49,115 nt of DNA from Chrysochromulina tobinii (lineage: Eukaryota). The stretch is from the NCBI GenBank assembly GCA_001275005.1, contig JWZX01003214.1:1-49115 (forward strand). The letters are read 5' to 3'. The notes beneath the pieces are model-generated. The model was not told the origin of the DNA and did not search any database. It saw only the letters and a program-made list of their open reading frames with translations. Positions within the stretch are counted from its first letter, which is position 1. The number at the start of each line of letters is the position of its first letter. This document shows positions 31,698 to 42,065 of the stretch, piece after piece. Position numbers and translations under genes: made by a program.

Positions 31698-34600
31698 TCA
31701 CAGATGCAGATGAAACCCAGCCTTTCCTTGTACTGCGAAACGAATCGAGGCCTTCCCTTCCTCGCCCATATCATTTCCCGAGAGGTCGCACTTGATCAAT
31801 GTGCCTGTGAAGGCCACCATGGCGGCCACAGACTTTACTCCCACTGGACCGATGCTGTTTTGGCCCATGTTGAGCGACGCGAGCTTGGTCTCCTTGTTGC
31901 TCTGGATGGCCTCGCAGACTGCACGTACACCCTCATCCTTGAGGCGGTTAGAGGACAAATCCAGGGCCGTCAGCCCGCCATTAACTCCATTAACTCGCAG
32001 GGCGTCAGCGATTGCAGTGATGCCCTCTGCAGTGTAAGTGCCCTGGCCCCGATCGTCCACACCGCACAGCACGTTGTTGGAGAGGTTGATAGACTTCAGC
32101 GCGCCGTTAGCAGCAAGCACTGGAGCGAAAACGGCTGCACCTGCTGGGCCGAGCTTGTTGCCGCCCAGACTGCACGCACAAGGGTCCATGTATGATCAGT
32201 CGCAGCAGCCGCTGCTGCAAAGCCAGGTCGGATAGCAGGTATGCAGGGGAGTTCAAAATTTTGGCAAACTTACTTCATATTTGTCAGCGCGCCTGTGACG
32301 CTCGTGCGGAGCGCCTCTGCGATCAGCTGGACACCAGCAGGGCCGATGTTCTCTTCGGACGCGTCCAAGGACATGATCTTGCTGTCCTTGTTGCCGCAGA
32401 TGGCGGCAAAGATGGCGCCCCAGCCCTCGTCCCCGAGCTTGTTGCCCCCGAGGTCGACGGACGTCAATGCGCCATTGACGCGCAGAGCATAGGCAATCGC
32501 TGTGATGCCCTCTGCATTGTAAGTTCCAGAATGATTCTGATCGATGCCGCACAGCTGATTGTTTGAGAGGTCCAGCTGTGATACCATCCAAAACAAAGGC
32601 AAAGGTTAGAGGAACAGAAAAGGCACCTCTGGGGGGTCCGAAAGCGAGCACCTGTGTCAAGGTGCCTGTGACGGCTACCATAGCCGCCACAGCGTTTGCT
32701 CCAACTGGCCCGATGCTGTTGTTGTTGAAGTTGAGCCACGCGAGCTTGGTCTCCTTGTTACTCTGGATGGCCTTGCAGACTGCGCTTACGCCATCATCCT
32801 TGAGGTTGTTGTGCCAAAAATTCAGGCCCATCAGCCCGCCTGTGACAATGGCGTGTGAGAGGTCAGTCGCCAGCAGGATCGCATCGAGCAGCTTGAGGTT
32901 CTGGTTGGAGAAGTCAGCGGTGGTCTGGTCGCGCAGGATGCCGCAGAGTGAGATGCCCTTCTGCTTGGCTACCTCAGCGAGCAACTTGGCAGACTCCGCA
33001 TCAAGATTATTGTGCAAGAGGTTGGTCGCCGTCAGCGCGCCGTTGACGCCAAGCATCTTGGCCACATATTTTGCACCTGCTGACCCTCCGATGTTGCTGC
33101 CTTTGTTTCCGGACCAATCGCCACTGATGTCAAGCTCCTTGAGCGACTTGTTCTGTTCTAGTGCCTCGCAGATGGCTTTGGTGCCCTCCTCCCCGAACTC
33201 ATTTTTTGCCAGCGACAGCTTCGTCAGCGCGCCGTTGACGTCAAGCATCTTGGCCACATGTTTTGCACCTGCTGACCCTCCGATGTTGCTGCCTTTGTTT
33301 CCGAACCAATCGCCGCTGATGTCAAGCTCCTTGAGCGTCTTGTTCTGTTCTAGAGCCTCACAGAGTGCCTTCGTGCCCTCCTCCCCCAACTCGTTACCAG
33401 CAAGTGATGTTATGGTCAGCCCGCCTGTGACGGCTACCATAGCCACCATAGCCGCCACAGCGTTTGCTCCAACTGGACCGATGCCGTTGTAACTGAAGTG
33501 GAGCGACGTGAGCTTGGTCTCCTTGTTGCTCTGAATGGCCTCACAGACTGCGTTTACGCCCTCATCCTTGAGGCTGTTGGACGACAAATTCAGGGCCATC
33601 AGCCCGCTTGTGACGGCTACCATAGCCGCCACAGCTGTCGCTCCAATCGGGCTAATGTTGTTATCCCCAACGTTGAGCTTTGCGAGCTTGCTTTCCTTAT
33701 TGCCCTGCACTGCGTTACAGATCGCCGTGATGCCCTCGTCCTTGATTGAGTTGCTCCATATATAGAGATCCGTCAACGCGCCTGTGACAATGGCCTGTGA
33801 CAGGTCGGACCCCAGCAGGATTGCATCGGGCGGCTCAAGTCCCTTGTAGAGGAAGTTAGCGGTGGTCTGGTCGCGCTGGATGCCGCAGAGCGAGATACCC
33901 TTCTGCTTGGCGACCTCAGCGAGCATCTTGGCGGACTTCACATCAAGCTGATTGCCCAGGAGGTTGGTCACCGTCAGCGAGCCTGTGACAACGGCCTGCG
34001 ACAGGTCCGACGCCAGAAGGATCGCATCGGGAGGCTTGAGTTTCTGGTTGGAGAAGTCAGCGGTGGTCTGGTCGCGCAGGATGCCGCAGAGCGAGATGCC
34101 CTTTTGCTTGGCGACCTGAACGAGCATCTTGGCGGACTCCGCATCGAGCTCATTGCGTAGGAGGTTGGCCACCGTCAGCGAGCCTGTGACGCTCGTGTGG
34201 AGCGCCTCAGCGATCAGCTTCACACCAGCAGGGCCGATGTTCTCAGAGCACGCGTCCATAGACATGATCTTGCTGTCCTTGTTGCCGCAAATGGCGGCAA
34301 AGATGGCGCCCCATCCCTCGTCTCCGAGCTTCTTGCCCCCGAGCTTGACGGACGTCAATGCGCCTGTGACAACGGCCTGTGACAGATCGGACCCCAGCAG
34401 GATTGCATCGGGCGGCTCAAGTTCCTTGTAGAGGAAGTTAGCGGTGGTCTGATCGCGCTGGATGCCACAGAGCGAGATATCCTTCTGCTTGGCGACCTCA
34501 GCGAGCATCTTGGCGGACTCCGCATCAAGCTGATTGCCCAGAAGGTTTGTCACCGTCAGCCCACCATTAACGCGCAGGGCGTTGGTGATTGCAGTGATGC

Positions 34601-37600
34601 CCTCTGAGGTGTAGGAACCTTGTTGGCCGACATCAACGTACCTCAAGATGCCACACAGCTGGTTTCTGGAGAGGTCAATGCTTGTCAGCCCGCCATTGAT
34701 GCCTACCATCTTGGCCACGTGCTTGGCTCCTGCTGTCCCACCAATGTTGCTCTTTCCAAATTTTTCGCCGCTGATGTCAAGCTCCTTGAGCGTCTTGTTC
34801 TGTTCTAGAGCCTCGCAGATGGCCTTAGTGCCCTCCTCCCCCAACATGTTGTGGGCGAGCGACAGCTTCGTCAGCCCGCCATTGATGCCTACCATCTTGG
34901 CCACGTGCTTGGCTCCTGCTGTCCCACCAATGTTGCTCTTCCCAAACTTTTCGCCGCTGATGTCAAGCTCCTTGAGCGTCTTGTTCTGTTCTAGAGCCTC
35001 GCAGATGGCCTTAGTGCCCTCCTCTCCCAACTCGTTTTTTGCGAGTGATACTTTGGTCAGCCCGCCCGTGACGCTCGTGCGGAGTGCCTCTGCGATTAGC
35101 TTGACACCAGCAGGACTGATGTTCTCGGAGGACGCGTCCATAGCACTGATCTTGCTGTCCTTGTTGTGGCAGATGGCGGCAAAGATGGCTCCCCAGCCCT
35201 TGTCCCTGAGCTTGTTGCCCCTGAGGTCGACGGACGTCAATGCGCCATTGATGCTGATACAGGAGGCAATCACAACCGCAGAGGCAACGCCAAGATTCTT
35301 GCCCGAGAGGTCGAGCGTGTCGACGGAGTCGGTGCCCTTGAGCTTCTTGACAGGGAGAGCAAACCCATCCAAGTTCACCTATGCATGAGGGACCTCCACA
35401 TGTCAGTGCAAGAGGGAGCGCATCTGGGCTGAGGGAGCACAGCTAAGCGTACCTCCGTCAGCGCGCCTGTGACGCTCGTGCTGAGTGCCTCGGCAATCAG
35501 CTGGACACCAGCAGGGCTGATTGTTTCGCAGGACGAGTCCAGAGACATGATCTTGCTGTCCTTGTTGCTGCAGATGGCGGCAAATATGGCGCCCCAGCCG
35601 TTGTCCCCGAGCAAGTTGCCCCTGAGGTCGACGGACGTCAATGTGCCGTTGACGCCGATCAGTGAGGCAATCACAATGGCTGAGGCAAAACTGAGGCCCT
35701 TGTTTGAGAGGTCGAGCGACTTGACTGGCTCGGTGCCCTTTAGCTTCTTGATGGGCAGCGCAACGTCATCGAGATTCACCTGTTCGCGGAAAGTGCAAGC
35801 TGAGAGCTCAGAACAGGTCCCAATCATGAAGTGGAGATCGGCATATACCTCTGTTAGCGTGCCATTAGCAGCGAGTGCTGGAGCTAAAGCTGCTGCCCCC
35901 TCTGCGCCAAGATGGTTGCGGCTGAGACTGCGCAACAAAGCAACAAACGAAAGCATGCAACTGGCCATCAGCAAGGCAAGCGGGGTTACGAATCAAGTTT
36001 GGATGTTGGTCAACAAAATTACTCGATTTTTGTCAGCGCGCCGTTGACGCCTATCAGCGAGGCGATCACGATGGCGGAGGCAACACCGAGGCGCTTGTTT
36101 GAGAGGTCGAGCGACTCGACTGGCTCGGTGCCCTTGAGCTTCTTGATGGGCAGCGCATGGCCGTCGAGGTTCACCTGTACGCGGAGAGTGCAAACTGTCA
36201 GCTCAGAACAGGTCACACTCGCGGGCTGGAGTTCAGCGGTACCTCTGTTAGCGAGCTATTAGCAGCGATCTTGCCAATCTGTACTCCCATCTCGAGCCTC
36301 TTATCAGGAGCGCAGTCTCTGAAATGAGAGTCGAGAGATACGTCGAGAGACTTGAGAGTAGCTGCACACTTTGCTGCCGCATTGATGAGCGCCAGTTCAC
36401 TCGGAAACAAACGCCCCCTGGCGGGGAACTCCTCAATCAAGGCCATCTTCATCACGAGCGGCATGTGCGTCGAAGTGAGAGCATCCGATTCGAGGCGTCG
36501 CATCCGCGGGAGGTTGCACACGTGCTTGAACAGAGCTGTGACGCCATCCTCCGTGGCCTTAGTGCCCTTGAGTTGCAAGTTGAGCGACTCGAGCGAATTT
36601 GGCAGTGCCGCCATGAGCAGTTGCAGCTCCTTGTCGGTGCACTTGATCAGATTTGAGAGATCGATGACAAGAGACGTGGATGCCGACGCCTTCATGGCAG
36701 CAAAGTACGGGCCAAGCTGCTTGCCTCGTGCGATGACGGTACGTACCATGCCTGCGGCAAATCGGCCAGCGAGCATGTTGTTCAGCCGTGTATAGCTCGC
36801 ATGCTCTTCGGGCGGCTCCGCGTCGGAAGCCGCGCCGACAATTGCGTTGAGGATGGTCTTGCGGTCGGCCTCCACAGAGGCTTGCGCGGACTGCAGCTGA
36901 ATGTCGAGGCGCACACGCTCGAGCGGAAAACCCGACTCGCGCTTCTGCTTCGCGCCCGCGTCCTTATCTCCTGCGCTCAGCCCTTCAACGAGGCCAACAG
37001 CCCCGCCCTTAAGGCACGTGTACACGTCGTACGTCTTGTGCTTGTCGCCGGCAAGGCTCGTAAAGATTTCATAGCCACACCAGATTCGAGAGAAGGTGAT
37101 GCCACCCTCATCAAGGACGGTGACGGTGCCGAACGAGAGCTTCATCGCCTTGCGGAACGAGGACTCCTCAAGGGAGCCCCCAATCTCATCGTCGAGCTTC
37201 CACTGGTTGTTGGCGTACGCGCAGACCCAATATGGGCTGTCGACGCCCAGCCCGCGATCGACAGCGTGCTGCTCGAGGCACTTCACAAAATCGAGAACTG
37301 GTTCGCCCCACCAGTGGCTCACAAAGTAGAGCGGCACCTGCTCTCCGAAGGCGATAAGCTCCACGAGTGAGCACTGCGCGGCGTACGTCGCCGGCTTGAT
37401 GACGAAGCGCGCCGCGTCGTAGAGGGTGACGGTGCCGGGTGTCCTTTGCTTGCCACTCTTGTCGGCCCACCCCTCGGGCTTGCATCGCCGACTAATGTGC
37501 GAGCACACGCGCTGCAGCTGTGCGCCAGTGATGGCCCGTTTGGCAGTCTCCGCGATGGTGCAGCCGCCGCGCTGATCACCGTGCAGGTCGGCAAAGTCCT

Positions 37601-37901
37601 CGGCGGCCGGCGGCCTGACGTGGACAAAGCTGCTCGCATAAAAACCTTTGCGCCACTCGTCGATTGTAATGCAGCCATCCGAGTCGAGGTCGAGCTCGCT
37701 CATCAGGGTTGCGAAAACCACGTCATCGTAGCCTTGCTTTTGCAATGCGCTCTTCAACTCATCGCAAGAGATGGTCTGGTCGCTGTCGACGTCGACCTCC
37801 TTGAAGATCCTCGTCGGGTCTTGCCACTGGAGCGTCTCCGGCGTGCGCACCTCGACACCATCGACAGGATTTGGCGCCACCTTCGTGACGGAGCCGCCCA
37901 T
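31698..37901 (-). CDS. Large EF-hand + HET-like + RNI-type LRR (NLRC3-like) protein; introns 36175-36242, 35928-36022, 35780-35848, 35379-35452, 32576-32651, 32170-32273
   Basis: EF loops DVDSDQTISCDE and DLDSDGCITIDE. FVSHWWG, YWVCAYANNQW, SRIWCGYE motifs. Dozens of LxxLDLSxNxLGxxG repeats. Six GT-AG introns that keep the frame. Confidence 0.88.
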
Positions 37902-38562
37902 CGAGGGAAGGAAGGTCCCAAGGTCCCAAGAACCCGCTTGTTCCCAGTGAAATAACGAAGAGGGGTTTCGTCAATGGATCTGCGTCGGAGGCCGACATTA
38001 TGTCGTAATAACCCCTTACACGTAAGATATTCCTGTTTTCATATTCACACCTGCTGCTGTTCACTCACGCTCGACTAGACGATCTTGAGAGCGTCCAAGC
38101 GTCGAATGGCGCAGCCTCAGCCGGCCACGGCGATGCCCACGAGGCAGATCAGGCCGGGTGCGCTCGGACTATTGACGCCACCGCAACGCGGCCTGGCACT
38201 CGCTATCATCCAGGCAGATCGGTGTGGCCGTGGTGGTGATGACCTCGAGGACCTTGCGAAGCCTAATCGCTTTGCGCACATGGACACCACGACGAGCACG
38301 CAACTATCGCAGCGAATCGGGATGCTCTCACACTGGGCGCCGGCGAATGGGTCTGTACCATCGTACGGGAGGTGACGTGGTCGTAACGGTCAGGTGTTCC
38401 GATTGGGTGTTCCGATTTAGACGGCACTCGCACCTATCCCACCGCCGAGCCCCGAGGTGTTCCGTATATATTCGATATAATTGGAGATGACAGTCCTGTT
38501 TCGTCCGTTTACTATAGATGTCCATGGACCATGGCTCACTCACGGCTAAAGGTAGGTGCACC

Positions 38563-39831
38563 TTACACGAGATGCGCCAGGGCGAGCCCCGCACGTGCTG
38601 TGGGCAGTGGGGGCAGCGCCCTCCAGCGGCCCTTACGCGCGTCGAAAGCCTCGCAGGTGGTGAGCGGCACCCCCGTGTCGCCGCATCCGCCCACGACATA
38701 GAGGCAACCGTCGAGGGCGAACGTGGCCGACAGGTACCCACGCGGCATGCTCATCGGCGGCAGCGCCCGCCAGACGCCCTCACGAGAGTCGAATCGCTCA
38801 CTGCATGCTAGCATAACGATGCCATCCTCGCTGCCGCCGACGACGTACAGCGCACCGTCCTGCCCGACGCCAGCGCCGCAGCCGGAGCGCGGCTTCGACA
38901 TGGGCGGCAGCAGACGCTGTGGGCGCACACCACACATGTCGAACGTCTCTACTGTGCGCTGGTAACTAGTCCCGCCGGAGTAACCACCGACGAGGAATAG
39001 CTCGGAGGCGCGTGCGTCCACCGCGAGAGCGTGGCCGCAGCGCGGCTTGAGCATCTCGCCCGCGTGCCTCCACGCAGCCACATTCCCGTCTGCATCCATG
39101 GCTTGCAGCCTGCCTGCCATGGGCGACGACAAGGGCTCCAAGAGGTACTCGATGGTACGGAGGCACTGCGCGCCGCGAGACATGCCATCGCCGCCTCCGC
39201 ATACCCAGAGCCGGCCGGCGTCGTCGCACACCGCGGAGGCGAAGCAGCGTGGCGACGTGAGTGGCTCCACGTCTTGCGTCCAGACCCCACGCACCGAGCG
39301 TACAGGTATGTCCTTTATCGTCGCCGTCGCAATATCGTATGCAAACTGAAACTCCTCCACCTCGAGCGGCGAGTCGTCGACCGTCAGGCGCTCGATGGTA
39401 GCAATCGCCTTTTCCTCGTAGTCATCGTAGCCGCCGATGAGGAAGATCGTGCGCGCTACGCTGTCCACGGCGGCGCACGGCGCGCTGCTTGGCGTCTTCG
39501 GCAGGGGTGCCTCGCACCATCTCTGCGCTCGTACATCAAAGGTCGCGCTCGTCCGCTCGCCGTCGAGTCCGTCGCCGCCCATGGCGACGATGCGCTCCAC
39601 ACAGCAGTGCGCGCGGCGCACAAGCGGCAGCCAGGCCTCATCCTCCCGTCGCCGAAGCAGCCAAGCGTTCGCTACGGCCAGTGGCTGCCACACTGCAGGG
39701 TCTGCCGCTGCAGCCGCTGAGAATGTGCGGCATGATGACAGGGCGTTGCATATGTCCGAGGCGGTCGGTAGTAGACGGAGCACGTAAGCTAGCACTGCCT
39801 CGGGCAGATCGATGATACGCATACTCGCCAT
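38563..39831 (-). CDS. F-box/Kelch-repeat protein
   Basis: N-terminal IIDLPEAVLAYVLRLL F-box. Repeated GG-containing Kelch blades (IFLIGGY, LWVCGGG, LFLVGGY, LYVVGG) ending W..LPPM..PR. Confidence 0.9.
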   Translation of the reverse strand: MASMRIIDLPEAVLAYVLRLLPTASDICNALSSCRTFSAAAAADPAVWQPLAVANAWLLRRREDEAWLPLVRRAHCCVERIVAMGGDGLDGERTSATFDVRAQRWCEAPLPKTPSSAPCAAVDSVARTIFLIGGYDDYEEKAIATIERLTVDDSPLEVEEFQFAYDIATATIKDIPVRSVRGVWTQDVEPLTSPRCFASAVCDDAGRLWVCGGGDGMSRGAQCLRTIEYLLEPLSSPMAGRLQAMDADGNVAAWRHAGEMLKPRCGHALAVDARASELFLVGGYSGGTSYQRTVETFDMCGVRPQRLLPPMSKPRSGCGAGVGQDGALYVVGGSEDGIVMLACSERFDSREGVWRALPPMSMPRGYLSATFALDGCLYVVGGCGDTGVPLTTCEAFDARKGRWRALPPLPTARAGLALAHLV

Positions 39832-40126
39832 CTCGGCCTCCTAGGGCCGCGTTTTATCGACGACACCGGAAATGCGGGTCTCAGGAGATCTCAGTTTGAC
39901 GTAACCCATCGAGCGCTCTAGGCGTAGAAAAGTGTGTGTGAAGAACGTTCAATCAAGTTTCGGGGGATTTCGCGGCATTAAATTGCGCGTTGAGGGCCGG
40001 TGTGCAAGCAGCTATCCCAATCCTTGGACTCCCGACCGTCACCGTGTGTGCGTTCTGTACGTCAGCGCTACGTCAGCGCACCGTGCCTTCCTTCCCGGTG
40101 GCTGCGGGCGGCAGATCTGAGCACCG

Positions 40127-41515
40127 ATGAAAAAGCAGCACTGGCTCGTATCGGCGATGGAGGTCAATGGCGTCAACGATCATGGTAAACTCGATTATCG
40201 CGCGTTGCTACGCTTCACCGCCGAGGTCTTCGACGCCAGAAAACTGCCAACGTCGAACCCGGCATATCAAGTCGCACCGCCATCGTCAGTGGTCGATGCG
40301 ACACGATGGCTCGTGGATGTGTATCCGGAGCACCCACCGTGTGGCTTCAACGCTGCTGAGGTCCGGCAACGAATAGATGCGGCCATGGCACAGGAGATGG
40401 TGGAGTATCATTTGATGCTGCAACGCGCGGATGCAGCGCTGAGCAATTGGGACGCATCGAAGCAGGACCACTACAATGCGGAACTTCGTGCGCCAAACGT
40501 GTGGGAGGTGGATCTGCCTATGAACATTATCGATGAAGCCAAGTCGATTTTTGAAGCAGCTGATCTGGCCAAGGCCTTTCGCCACCTTCACGAAGCCGAT
40601 GCTCGTCATCAGCAGGTGTCAACGCCCTGTGGGCAGTTCTTCGTGCTGCGCTCGCTCGGCGGGATGGGCGGCACGACCTCGTCCGACATCACGTGGATCT
40701 CGGTCGATGATCGGCACACGTTCAACCGGTTCGAACGTCTTTTCGAGCGTCTCGAGCTCGCGGAGATGTTCGAGCCCGTGGTGGACTCAACAGACCGACT
40801 GTGCCTGTACTCTGCGTTCTACGTGGTGCGCAGCCATTGCGAGAGTCCCTTCTTCCATTTCGATTGGCCTGCGGAGCTGGGGGTCAAGGCTCTTACGCTC
40901 ATGACGCCGCTGAGCGATTTTCGGCAGCAAACGTCCTTCAACCTGCTCTATGGCCAACGGTCACCCGAGGCGCCACGTGGCTCGACCGCCGACGAGACGA
41001 ACGAGGACGACGACAATGAGGCGGGCAACTTGACGGGCAACTTGACGGGCAACTTGACGGGCAACTTGACGGGCGACTCTGCACCTGAGCTCGCAGCGCC
41101 GACGAGCTCCGAGCTTGGGTCCGGCAGGGGGCCTCGGGCGGACCACGCGTACGCGTCGTCGAGTACGGAGGCGCGGTATAACTATACGAAGGGCAAGGGG
41201 ATCGTCTTCGGCGCCTCCTTTGCGCATAGCACCGAGCCTGGCGTGGCCCACGAGCAAGATGGAGTCCATGCGTACCTGTGCTTCACGTTCGGCACGAACC
41301 GGAGCAAGCACTGGCCCCTGATCGCCGACAGCATTGGTGGGCACAGCCGCGTGGCTGGGGCGATGGATGGCAGTTTGGTACTCACGAGGCTTGGGAGGGA
41401 GATCGAGATCGAGATCGAGACAGACGGAGGCACTGTCGACACGGGACAGATCCGACAGAGCTGTGGCAATCTACTAGTCTGTAGAGATGCACACGGCTTT
41501 ATATGGAGATTTTAA
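40127..41515 (+). CDS. Hypothetical protein, possible 2OG-Fe(II)/cupin-type dioxygenase
   Basis: 462-codon ORF with FHFDW (HxD), LTLMTPL and IVFGASFAHSTEPG (distal His). 12-bp in-frame repeat (GNLT)x4 at about 41023-41073. Confidence 0.6.
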   Translation: MKKQHWLVSAMEVNGVNDHGKLDYRALLRFTAEVFDARKLPTSNPAYQVAPPSSVVDATRWLVDVYPEHPPCGFNAAEVRQRIDAAMAQEMVEYHLMLQRADAALSNWDASKQDHYNAELRAPNVWEVDLPMNIIDEAKSIFEAADLAKAFRHLHEADARHQQVSTPCGQFFVLRSLGGMGGTTSSDITWISVDDRHTFNRFERLFERLELAEMFEPVVDSTDRLCLYSAFYVVRSHCESPFFHFDWPAELGVKALTLMTPLSDFRQQTSFNLLYGQRSPEAPRGSTADETNEDDDNEAGNLTGNLTGNLTGNLTGDSAPELAAPTSSELGSGRGPRADHAYASSSTEARYNYTKGKGIVFGASFAHSTEPGVAHEQDGVHAYLCFTFGTNRSKHWPLIADSIGGHSRVAGAMDGSLVLTRLGREIEIEIETDGGTVDTGQIRQSCGNLLVCRDAHGFIWRF

Positions 41516-42065
41516 GCGCGCAGGCCGCAGCCGCGCACGCGCTCGCGGGCGTGGCGCGTGGGGCCGCGCGCGGTTGCGGCGACCGTTGCGGGCGTCGGTT
41601 AAATATGAAGATAACATCCAGGATGACATGCCGGCCGAAAAAAGCTGCAGTGTGCAGAGGCAGCGCGTGTGCCGGGCCGAGCTCGTCCTCGAGGATAAGG
41701 TCATTCCCATCTCTCACACGCCTCATTTAAAAACTCGTGCTCTGGGCCTGGAGCAGCATCCGCGTGAAACTCGAGGCCTGAAAGGGTGGAGGGTGCGCCG
41801 AGACCTCGAGCCGAGACCGGGTTCCTCCGAGATAGTAATTACTTCTAATATTTATTATGTTAGATAGTATAATAGTAGTAAGGGCAGTATAATAGTAGTC
41901 AAGTAAATAATAATAAGTGGTACGACAAGCAACAGACAACCAAGAAGCATACTTGTAAGAAATCGGGGGGGGGGTAAAGAATCCTATTCATACCGTAGCG
42001 AATGAGTGCGAATGTCAGAAACACGAGCAGAAATCATGAAAGCAGGGTGCTCAACATCAAGCACC

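Noticed and set aside
38085..38375. 96-aa ORF between the LRR and Kelch genes
   Set aside because: No motif and weak coding signal.
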